From: Burkholderiaceae bacterium | GTDB lineage: Bacteria > Pseudomonadota > Gammaproteobacteria > Burkholderiales > Burkholderiaceae_B | Direction of reading: 5' to 3' | Assembly (NCBI GenBank): GCA_044376975.1 | Contig: JBILJY010000001.1 | Span: forward strand, 1-62,662 | Length of the DNA: 62,662 nt | Shown here: positions 39,970-48,043 of the stretch, one piece after another | How the letters are laid out: each line of letters opens with the position of its first letter | Numbering within the stretch: position 1 is the first letter of the stretch | The notes under the pieces: generated by a model | Databases searched by the model: none | What the model was told of the DNA's origin: nothing | The model's input: only the letters and a program-made list of their open reading frames with translations | Position numbers and translations under genes: made by a program

Positions 39970-40042
39970 TCCTATAGACCGGCTAGATCGGTAGACAATA
40001 GAACATCATATCTACACTAAGACGCCACCTTAACTAGCAAAT

Positions 40043-40060
40043 ATTTCATTTTGATTACGA
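40043..40060 (-). promoter_or_regulatory. Weak PHO box upstream of phoU
   Basis: TCGTAAT-CAAA-ATGAAAT, then 10 nt, then TAAGGT. Confidence 0.4.
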
Positions 40061-40090
40061 CCCCACCAGGCACGGCGGGGCCGATCCTCT

Positions 40091-42325
40091 CTACAGCCCG
40101 ATTAAACCACCATCGTCCCGAGTGATGATGATGGTCGCGGATCGCGGACGGCCCGGCTTTCCATAGCCCATATTCCCCGGCCAACTGCTTTCCAGTTTAA
40201 ACCCCTCCGCGGCTCCTAGTGCAGGCGTTTTCTCACCGGGATGTTGAATATTTACAAATAACGTCTTGCCGTCTGGAGTCTCTGTGACTCCGGTCACCTC
40301 GGCTCCCTTGGGCGCTACCAAAAACCTCTTCAAGCGCCCCTCGCCGAGAATCGCACCTACAAAGGTCTCCTGAGTCCCTGTTTGCTCGACACCAGCGATT
40401 ATGATTTTATTCTCGATGGTGCGCTTACCTCCGTCCCCGACTTTACCGGGAATGGCAGCGAGCATCATGCAATTCGTCTCATCCGTCATCGCACCATCAT
40501 CGGTTTGGATCCAGCAAATTCCAGTTGCCTTGCTGAACCAAAGGCCGTCGGGCGAGGAAAAATCATTCGCGGCAGTCAACCCGGATAGGTTCGCGGGTCC
40601 GGCATCGTCTTCCGCGCCGAACAGAAAGATATCCCAAGCGAAGTTGGCAGCAGTGGATAGCCCACCGTCTTCGCGAAAACGAATGATGTGACCATTGGGA
40701 TTACCCATTGACTTACGGCCATCCGGATCCGCGTAACTGCGTGGATTAACAGCATTGACTTTCGCCGGTGTGCGATGTGTCACGTTATTATTTGTTAGGG
40801 CAAAATATATTTCGCCGTTCACGTGATTCACAGCGCCCCACTCGGGGCGATCCATTGGCGTGGCGCCCACCGCATCAGCAGCCAAACGGGCGTTGACCCA
40901 CACGTCCGCCTGATTAGCGAAACGATAGGTTGCGAAATTTGCGATCGCTGGATTTTTAAACGACAGTTCCAACCAGCGCCCTGTGCCATCGGAATCAAAT
41001 CTCGCGACATACAGAGCGCCCTCGTTTAAGTATTTGTCACCGGCTGCTAACCCTCCACCAATATCCTTCGGATCCCAAAGTTCCTTACTGACGAACTTGT
41101 AAATATATTCGTTGACTGAATCGCAACCCATATAGAAAGCCAAAGGCTTGCCTGCCACCGGAATGCCGCAAACAGCAGCTTCGTGGGCGAAGCGCCCCAT
41201 CGTGACGCGTTTGACCGGCGTAGAGCGGGGGTTGAGTGGATCAATTTCTACGTTGTAGCCAAAGGTATAAGCTTCATTGCGAAAATCGCCCGTTGGCTCA
41301 GCTGCCAAGACGGCAAGATTCCATCGTGAAAAACGGTTGTCAGAGCTCGACACGGTATGCCAACCTTGGCTAGAAGCCCGAGGTGCCTTTGGATCCAAAG
41401 GTGCTGATGCAACGCCGTAGCGCTTAAGCGAAGCTACGTGATTGACGTCGCCAGGGTTCGCACCAGGAGCGATCTGAAAATACCGTGCCCAGTTTTCCTC
41501 ACATGCCAAGTAAGTCCCCCAGGGGGTCATCCCGTGTCCGCAATTGTTGAGTGTGCCCCGCGAGGTCGCACCGGTGGCATCAAAGGCCGTGCGCATCATT
41601 TTTTGGATATTAGCTAGATGGTCGCGGGGGCCCGCAATCCGCATAGGCGTCTCTGGCGTGATACGGCGATTCAATGCCGAGTCAATTTTGTAAGAAAACC
41701 CTTTGCCGGTCTGCTGCAATTCAACCACTGACACGCCATGCAAGTTAATTTCTTTCAACACCTCAAGCGCAGGACGTACGCCTAAGTCCCAAAAACCAAA
41801 CTGATCAAACTTTTTGCGAGACTGCCCATTTGAAGTCTGTCCCTCGGGGTGCAGGAAATGAGAGTCCGCCGAACTCTCGTGATTGACGCAAAGCACTGCT
41901 TTAGACGTCGCGGTCGTTGAATAACGTCCAGCCTCGTCGATGTAGTAGAGTTCCATCCCGTCATGATGATCACCGATGCGATGAGACCAGTCGTCCTTTT
42001 CCAAGCCAGCGTTTGTGTACGCGGGAACGGTAGTGTCAATCGGATCACCTGCCGCATGCAGAATAGTAAAGCTATAACCAGGAGGTAGCACCACCTGGTC
42101 AAACACACTTTTTGCAACTGACGGAAAGGTAAGAGAGGATGGTAGCGCTTGGGAAACGGTCCTGGAAGCATGCGCTAGACCAGGCAACGCAGCAAGCGTC
42201 GCCAAACCGAGTCCACCCTTAATGATATTTCGGCGACCACGATTTTGTACCGCCGAGAACAACACGTCCTGAAAACTCGTATTGCCGGAAAGATTTACAT
42301 TTTGCTCATCTGAATCATGTGACAT
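40091..42325 (-). CDS. phoX: PhoX alkaline phosphatase (Tat-exported)
   Basis: RRNIIKG Tat-like motif, HHDGM, NHE, NNC..G.TPWGTYL.CEEN, GRFAHE, MDRPE, PDG, QTD, NIQHPG. Confidence 0.95.
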   Translation of the reverse strand: MSHDSDEQNVNLSGNTSFQDVLFSAVQNRGRRNIIKGGLGLATLAALPGLAHASRTVSQALPSSLTFPSVAKSVFDQVVLPPGYSFTILHAAGDPIDTTVPAYTNAGLEKDDWSHRIGDHHDGMELYYIDEAGRYSTTATSKAVLCVNHESSADSHFLHPEGQTSNGQSRKKFDQFGFWDLGVRPALEVLKEINLHGVSVVELQQTGKGFSYKIDSALNRRITPETPMRIAGPRDHLANIQKMMRTAFDATGATSRGTLNNCGHGMTPWGTYLACEENWARYFQIAPGANPGDVNHVASLKRYGVASAPLDPKAPRASSQGWHTVSSSDNRFSRWNLAVLAAEPTGDFRNEAYTFGYNVEIDPLNPRSTPVKRVTMGRFAHEAAVCGIPVAGKPLAFYMGCDSVNEYIYKFVSKELWDPKDIGGGLAAGDKYLNEGALYVARFDSDGTGRWLELSFKNPAIANFATYRFANQADVWVNARLAADAVGATPMDRPEWGAVNHVNGEIYFALTNNNVTHRTPAKVNAVNPRSYADPDGRKSMGNPNGHIIRFREDGGLSTAANFAWDIFLFGAEDDAGPANLSGLTAANDFSSPDGLWFSKATGICWIQTDDGAMTDETNCMMLAAIPGKVGDGGKRTIENKIIIAGVEQTGTQETFVGAILGEGRLKRFLVAPKGAEVTGVTETPDGKTLFVNIQHPGEKTPALGAAEGFKLESSWPGNMGYGKPGRPRSATIIITRDDGGLIGL

Positions 42326-42364
42326 GGCAGCTCCCTTTTGAAGCCACGATTGCATCAAAATCAA

Positions 42365-42382
42365 ATGACAACTCAATGACAA
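42365..42382 (-). promoter_or_regulatory. PHO box of phoX
   Basis: TTGTCAT-TGAG-TTGTCAT, then 10 nt, then TGCAAT. Confidence 0.8.
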
Positions 42383-42407
42383 ATACAACCACAACATACC
42401 AGGATAT

Positions 42408-42436
42408 GAATCACAAATATTTCATCAAATCGTCAC
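42408..42436 (+). promoter_or_regulatory. PHO box (3 half-sites) of the olsB-like gene
   Basis: GAATCAC-AAAT-ATTTCAT-CAAA-TCGTCAC. Confidence 0.55.
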
Positions 42437-42489
42437 TTTTTTGAAATATCTGTTTCGCACAATACTGAGCATCTCAGGAGACTGTCTAG

Positions 42490-43269
42490 ATGCTTGAACT
42501 TGTACACAACGCCCCAAGTTTTATCAATCCTCCGAGCACGTCAACAACCAACAGTGGCTTAGTGGTCGGCCTCGCTCAAACCACTCAAGAACTAGACCTC
42601 ATCCAACGATTACGTTACGACACTTTTAAAAGCGAGTATGGCGCTGAATTCAACCCCAATACTCCCGGATTAGACAGCGATGCATTTGATCGCTGGTGCG
42701 AGCACTTGATGGTAAGAGATCTGGAAACAGATGAAGTCGTCGGAACCTACCGCGTGCTCACTCCACAAAATGCGTCACGGGCCGGTGGTTACTATTCCGA
42801 ATCCGAATTTGATCTCTCTGGCCTAGGTGATCTCCGCCTCGAGCTTGTCGAGTTTGGACGAGCTTGCATACACGAATCCTACAGGCAAGGCGGAGCGCTC
42901 ATGATGCTATGGTCCGGCTTAGCTGAAATTTTAAAGAGAGGGAATCATCAATATGTGTTTGGTTGCGCGAGTGTGAGCTTGCGCGATGACGGCGTAACAG
43001 CTGCAAAAGTCTGGCGTGATGTACGTCAAGCAGTCCTACAACCCGACGCTCTGCGCGTCACGCCGCACAACCGCTACCCCGTTGAACGTCTCGACAGCTC
43101 CCTTCCTGCCAAAGCGCCAGCCTTGCTGGCCGGCTACCAAAGGTTAGGTGCGCAGATCTGTGGCCAGCCAGCCTGGGATCCAGATTTCAATACAGCAGAC
43201 TTTCCTATGCTCTTATCTATCGCCAACATGGGCGCCAGGTACCGGCGTCATTTTGGCTTCGAAAAATAA
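42490..43269 (+). CDS. olsB: OlsB-like N-acyl amino acid synthase (ornithine-lipid N-acyltransferase)
   Basis: QRLRY..F, D.D.FD..C.HL, VGTYR, YSESEF, E.GR.C, GCAS, L.GY.RLGA..CG.PA.DPDF. Confidence 0.8.
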   Translation: MLELVHNAPSFINPPSTSTTNSGLVVGLAQTTQELDLIQRLRYDTFKSEYGAEFNPNTPGLDSDAFDRWCEHLMVRDLETDEVVGTYRVLTPQNASRAGGYYSESEFDLSGLGDLRLELVEFGRACIHESYRQGGALMMLWSGLAEILKRGNHQYVFGCASVSLRDDGVTAAKVWRDVRQAVLQPDALRVTPHNRYPVERLDSSLPAKAPALLAGYQRLGAQICGQPAWDPDFNTADFPMLLSIANMGARYRRHFGFEK

Positions 43270-43285
43270 CCTTAGGCAAACAGAC

Positions 43286-44587
43286 TCACAAAGACCGCCC
43301 GTGCCCTGAGTCGCCAATCTGTTGATGCAGATTAGGGTTCTGGTTGTGATTCAAATTATTCCATCGAATAATTAGCGCCATAAGTGCTGCAACCATTACG
43401 CCGAATGCGACGATGATGACGTTAATCGGTATCGCTAACCAGAGCATGACTGTATAAAGAGACACCATCGCCAGAATGTTAAGTTGCTCGTTAAAATTCT
43501 GGACAGCAATTGAGTGCCCCGCCGACAGCAATACGTGCCCTCGATGCTGCAATAACGCGTTCATCGGCACTACAAAGTAACCAGATAGTCCGCCAATCAA
43601 CAGCAATAAGGAATACACAGACCAGGTCGACTGCACAAGAGGCATCGCCAGTACGACTAACCCCATGCAAACACCAACCGGAAGCACCGAGAGAGCTCGC
43701 TGAATAGTGACCTTGGAGGCTGCAATCGCACCGAATATAGTGCCAAGTGCTGCAACACCCATCAAAATGCTCGCTTGATCTAGGCGGTAGTTAAGCTGAA
43801 CCCGTCCCCATTCAATCACCACGAGTTGCAATGTCGCGCCGGCTCCCCAAAATAGCGTTGTGACCGCCAACGATATCTGCCCGAGCTTGTCACGCCACAA
43901 CACCGATACGTACCTAAAAAAAACACGGTTTAAGGTAATAAGGTTGTTTGACTGCCGAGGATAGCGCACGCCCGTATCGGGAATGCGAAAATTCAACCAC
44001 GCAGCGATTGCATAGAGAAAAGCGATCACAACAATTGCGGCCTCTGCTGGCGTTGTGGCAAGCGCCCCAATGGCTGGCTGTAAAAGGAGCCAGGAAGCAA
44101 CTGTGGGCGATATCAATAGACCACCTAATACGGCTCCAAGAATGATGGAGAGGACCGTCATTCCTTCTATCCAACTGTTACCTTTGACAAGGTCTTCCGG
44201 CGCAAGCATCTCAGTAATAATGCCGTACTTCGCCGGCGAGTATGCCGCTGCACCGACCCCGACAATTGCAAAAGCGGCACAGACTAAAGCGATCTGACCC
44301 TCGCCACTTAAGTTGAATGCACTATGAAAATACATCAGGACACAACCACACACTTTGAGCGAGTTTGTCCACAACATGACTCGTCCCTTGGGATAGGTGT
44401 CTGCAAATGCACCGACGTAGGCGGCCAAAACAACATAGCCGACAGCGACCCACCACTTCATAATAGATGCCATCCAGTCTGGGCCTGAAAGCTGTTGGAT
44501 AAGTGCAATCGCGGCAATGAAAAGCGCATTATCCGCAAGGGCAGAAAACGTCTGCGCTCCGATCACGTAATAAAAGCCGCGGGTCAT
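43286..44587 (-). CDS. lplT: Lysophospholipid transporter LplT (MFS)
   Basis: SALADNAL, GAFAD..PKG.VM, AYSPAKYGI.TE, TTLFWG.G, VPMNALLQ.RG, SIAVQN. Confidence 0.9.
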   Translation of the reverse strand: MTRGFYYVIGAQTFSALADNALFIAAIALIQQLSGPDWMASIMKWWVAVGYVVLAAYVGAFADTYPKGRVMLWTNSLKVCGCVLMYFHSAFNLSGEGQIALVCAAFAIVGVGAAAYSPAKYGIITEMLAPEDLVKGNSWIEGMTVLSIILGAVLGGLLISPTVASWLLLQPAIGALATTPAEAAIVVIAFLYAIAAWLNFRIPDTGVRYPRQSNNLITLNRVFFRYVSVLWRDKLGQISLAVTTLFWGAGATLQLVVIEWGRVQLNYRLDQASILMGVAALGTIFGAIAASKVTIQRALSVLPVGVCMGLVVLAMPLVQSTWSVYSLLLLIGGLSGYFVVPMNALLQHRGHVLLSAGHSIAVQNFNEQLNILAMVSLYTVMLWLAIPINVIIVAFGVMVAALMALIIRWNNLNHNQNPNLHQQIGDSGHGRSL

Positions 44588-45519
44588 CCGTGCACTCCCT
44601 TGGAGGAGCTTGTATCGTTGTGGTGAGACACATCATCTCGAGGCATGCGCATTAACGGCTGCCCCATGCGTAAACGTACACCAGTCGCAATCCCAGGGCT
44701 TAGCGAGAAACCCCTTGGCGCAAACACGATAATCGTTGAGCCGTGCTCAAACCAGCCGAGCTCCTCTCCCTTCTCGAACCTATGCTCACACAGCATTGTC
44801 GTCTCGCCCTGATAGCTCGCACCGAAGATCGCATCGAGCGCATGCAAACGAATACTCGCCACCAGAATCGCCGCGACGGGAACGAGTGCGACGGCATACC
44901 CCCCGGCTCCGACGTTCATAGAAAGCATGGCTCGCTCATTTTTACAAAAGAGCTTCTCTACACGTTTAAGTGCGATCGGATTAACGTTCCAGGTGTCCCC
45001 TGACATATACAACACTTTGCGCAACACGCCATCGTACGGCGCATGAAAGCGGTGATACATGGCAGAGGTCAATCTCAAGGTCACATAGCATCCGTCCTGC
45101 CACGCACTAACGTCTTCCGATCGACCAAGGAGCTCTTCTATCGCGTAAGGAAATCCCTTCGCTTGAAAGACCTGACCATCAACCACTTGACCGCATTCCC
45201 CGACAATCGCATCACAGGGACTGACAAATACCTCAGGGTTACTGTCAATCACTCGGGCACCTTCTCGAAGCTCTCTGGTAAAGCATTCATGAAGGCTATC
45301 GAACTGTTGCTTTTTTGCATCGGACAAATCCAAGTCGGTAAACACCCGCCAGACCGAGATCGACAGCCTCGAGACCCACCGATTGCGTAGCTTGCTGAAC
45401 CAGCCCATAAAGTGAGTGACTGCTTTACGCGGAATGCGGTTTGTCAGAAGAAAGTTGATATCCTCGTTCAAGACAATGTTTCTAACTTGTTTACTAAAAG
45501 TCATCATTTGGTCATCCAA
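44584..45519 (-). CDS. psd: Phosphatidylserine decarboxylase family (pyruvoyl proenzyme)
   Basis: FTR.L, SPCD, FQAKG, YHRFHAP, NER, F.HGST cleavage motif; start uncertain (45519/45507/45504); ATGA overlap with lplT. Confidence 0.88.
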   Translation of the reverse strand: MDDQMMTFSKQVRNIVLNEDINFLLTNRIPRKAVTHFMGWFSKLRNRWVSRLSISVWRVFTDLDLSDAKKQQFDSLHECFTRELREGARVIDSNPEVFVSPCDAIVGECGQVVDGQVFQAKGFPYAIEELLGRSEDVSAWQDGCYVTLRLTSAMYHRFHAPYDGVLRKVLYMSGDTWNVNPIALKRVEKLFCKNERAMLSMNVGAGGYAVALVPVAAILVASIRLHALDAIFGASYQGETTMLCEHRFEKGEELGWFEHGSTIIVFAPRGFSLSPGIATGVRLRMGQPLMRMPRDDVSHHNDTSSSKGVHG

Positions 45520-45526
45520 TTTTCAT
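45498..45526 (+). promoter_or_regulatory. PHO-box-like 11-bp repeat array upstream of the aminotransferase, overlapping the psd start
   Basis: AAGTCAT-CATT-TGGTCAT-CCAA-TTTTCAT. Confidence 0.55.
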
Positions 45527-45553
45527 AAAAAGGAGCTTTTACGGTGAGGCTCC

Positions 45554-47233
45554 ATGAACGAACATCCCTTAGATACATTACAAATTGCGCAGTACGTTGC
45601 CGTACTCCTCGCGATCTGGGTGATCGCCAACAAAGTTTGGCAACGACTTCAACTGTCTCTTGCTAAATCTCCCTCTCTTGGAGGGCATCTGCGATGGGCG
45701 AAGCGAATCACTAGCCTTATTCCCGGCTACTCCTACGACCGAAACAAATGGCTCGCCTGCGATGACGCGCCACCCGAAGTCGCAGCGCGTCGCTCGGCTG
45801 CGCTGATGGAGCTCAGCAACAACCTCAAAAACCATTCGCCTCATACGCTCGCGCACACCAGACAAGTCAAGCCGATGATCTCGGACCTTCAGTTGATCAG
45901 CCAGTACCGCGTTCCGTTTCAGTTTCGATCTTTTCTCCAAGAGCATGTCGCATTGGGTAGCTTTTGGAGCGAGAGTCAAGGCGTGCATCTGACTGATCTT
46001 GACGGCAACACCTTCATCGACGTCACTGGATCCTATGGTGTCAACCTTTTCGGTCAAGATTTTTACAAGTCGTGCATCGAAGAGGGTATTGCAATGGTGA
46101 GGGACCTGGGGCCCGTGCTGGGCTCGTATCATCCGTGCGTACTCGACAACGTAGAGCGTCTGTGCAAAATAGCCGATAAGGACGAAGTATCCTTTCACAT
46201 GTCTGGAACCGAAGCCGTCATGCAGGCCGTGCGCGTCGCCCGCTACAGCACCGGAAAAAACAAACTGGTGCGCTTTACGTCTGCGTACCACGGTTGGTGG
46301 GATGATGTTCAACCCGGACCTGGCAACCCGATGCCACCCTCGCCCCACACCCTGACACTTCGAGAGATGCATGCCAACACCTTGCGAGTACTGCGCAACA
46401 GAAAGGATATCGCCTGCGTGCTGGTGAATCCGATCCAGGCGATGCATCCGAATCAGAGTGCACCCACTGATTCGACTTTGCTGAGTGGTAGCCGCCGCGC
46501 CCACTTTGACCGAGTCGCCTATACAACATGGCTTCACGAGTTGCGAAGCGTATGCACCGCGCGTGGAATTGTGCTGATTCTGGACGAGGTGTTTCTTGGC
46601 TTTAGGCTTGCACACGGAGGTGCGCAAGAGTACTTCGATATAAAAGCAGACCTTGTGACCTACGGTAAGACGCTGGGAGGGGGCCTTCCGATTGGCGTCG
46701 TGTGTGGTTCGCATGCACTGATGAAGCGATACAAAGAGGCGAAACCTGCAGACCTTTGTTTTGCTCGAGGCACATTCAACGCAAACCCCTACGTGATGGG
46801 AGCGATGAATGCTTTTCTCCATCGCATCGAAACCGAGCCCGTGCGTAAGTTGTATGAACGTTTGGATGACACATGGAGCGCGAGGGCGATCCAACTCAAC
46901 ACGCAACTTTCTGAAGCGAATCTGCCCGTTCGGGTCGAAGCGATGTCTACTGTGTGGACCGTTCTCTATGGCTGCCCGAGTCGATATAACTGGATGCTCC
47001 AGTTTTACCTCAGACAAGAAGGCATTGCATTGAGCTGGGTCGGCACAGGAAGAATGATTTTTAGTTTGAACTTTAGCGATGCTGATTTTGACTCTTTCGC
47101 CACGCGCTTTGTACGGGCTGCTCAGAAAATGCATAAAGACGCTTGGTGGTGGACGCCAGATGGTCAAACAAATCAAACCATCCAGCGTCAACTATTGAGG
47201 GAACTGATTACACACAGATTCTCACCGAACTAA
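45554..47233 (+). CDS. Class-III PLP aminotransferase (GSA-aminomutase-like) with N-terminal membrane anchor
   Basis: DLDGN, SGTEA, YHGW, DEV..GFR, YGKTLGGG.PIG, GTFNANP; N-terminal extension of about 120 aa with a hydrophobic helix. Confidence 0.85.
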   Translation: MNEHPLDTLQIAQYVAVLLAIWVIANKVWQRLQLSLAKSPSLGGHLRWAKRITSLIPGYSYDRNKWLACDDAPPEVAARRSAALMELSNNLKNHSPHTLAHTRQVKPMISDLQLISQYRVPFQFRSFLQEHVALGSFWSESQGVHLTDLDGNTFIDVTGSYGVNLFGQDFYKSCIEEGIAMVRDLGPVLGSYHPCVLDNVERLCKIADKDEVSFHMSGTEAVMQAVRVARYSTGKNKLVRFTSAYHGWWDDVQPGPGNPMPPSPHTLTLREMHANTLRVLRNRKDIACVLVNPIQAMHPNQSAPTDSTLLSGSRRAHFDRVAYTTWLHELRSVCTARGIVLILDEVFLGFRLAHGGAQEYFDIKADLVTYGKTLGGGLPIGVVCGSHALMKRYKEAKPADLCFARGTFNANPYVMGAMNAFLHRIETEPVRKLYERLDDTWSARAIQLNTQLSEANLPVRVEAMSTVWTVLYGCPSRYNWMLQFYLRQEGIALSWVGTGRMIFSLNFSDADFDSFATRFVRAAQKMHKDAWWWTPDGQTNQTIQRQLLRELITHRFSPN

Positions 47234-47237
47234 TGAG

Positions 47238-47849
47238 TTACTTAGATTGCTGTATGTGGGGCATCGGGTCAATCAGTTCGCCACGCAAAAGATATATCGG
47301 CGAGCGGTAATACAGCTTGATGTCATGGAACGGGTCCGTAATGATCTTGATTGCCCAGGCGAAAGCGGCTTGGGCACTATCAATGATGCACAACTGTCCC
47401 ACACGAAATAGTAGACCGGCCAGTCCGAGCATCAGCCAAGACATACCGACAAGCCGCAAAAATGTATCTTCATAAGCCTCGGGCACCATCCAAGTCACAT
47501 ACTGCGGTGCAACGTACGCGACGACCGGAATCAGCGCCCAAATAGCAAGCAACACAATCTTGCGGTGCAAGTTGTAACCAACCTTAATCTCTTCCTTATG
47601 CTCATGCGTCGCTTGGTTTACATGGTCGTAACCCTTGGGTTCAAAGAAGAAGTGCCCAGACTGTCGTGTCGTCATCGCGATCAGCCATGCAACAAAGGAG
47701 GCAGCGACCGGATTGATAAACAACAGCACATAGGAGACCAGAAACGAAATCGCACTAATAAAGTGAAGACTTTGATTGATGCGACTGTGATGGTAGTAGC
47801 GATGATCATCCCATCTCTGTACGCTTAACGTTTTCAGAAGCTCTTTCAT
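47238..47849 (-). CDS. Membrane protein, Mpo1/DUF962-like His-motif protein
   Basis: YYHH..INQ.LH and RQ.GHFFFE motifs; about 5 hydrophobic segments; AAGGA RBS before MKELL. Confidence 0.65.
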   Translation of the reverse strand: MKELLKTLSVQRWDDHRYYHHSRINQSLHFISAISFLVSYVLLFINPVAASFVAWLIAMTTRQSGHFFFEPKGYDHVNQATHEHKEEIKVGYNLHRKIVLLAIWALIPVVAYVAPQYVTWMVPEAYEDTFLRLVGMSWLMLGLAGLLFRVGQLCIIDSAQAAFAWAIKIITDPFHDIKLYYRSPIYLLRGELIDPMPHIQQSK

Positions 47850-47918
47850 CTTTGATCCTTTGTTCAAAATTGTTTGATCCGAGTCATTGATCTAATGAGC
47901 GGATTATTTCAGATGAAG

Positions 47919-47947
47919 GTAACGGAATGATGAATATTGTGTGACAG
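47919..47947 (-). promoter_or_regulatory. PHO box (3 half-sites) of the Mpo1-like gene
   Basis: CTGTCAC-ACAA-TATTCAT-CATT-CCGTTAC, then 10 nt, then AATAAT. Confidence 0.7.
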
Positions 47948-47981
47948 TGATATTAAGTTTTCATGTCAAAAGAAGCGTGTC

Positions 47982-48015
47982 TTGTCATCGAATCGTTATA
48001 TTGAATCAGTACAGT
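47982..48015 (+). promoter_or_regulatory. PHO box and -10 of GT4-plcP
   Basis: TTGTCAT-CGAA-TCGTTAT, then 10 nt, then TACAGT. Confidence 0.7.
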
Positions 48016-48043
48016 GCGTACATCCTGTCTAAATAGGTCGGCA

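Noticed and set aside
45554-47233. Calling this gene hemL
   Set aside because: About 130 aa longer than HemL with a TM anchor, has NP where class-III enzymes usually have EP, and sits in a lipid/Pho context.
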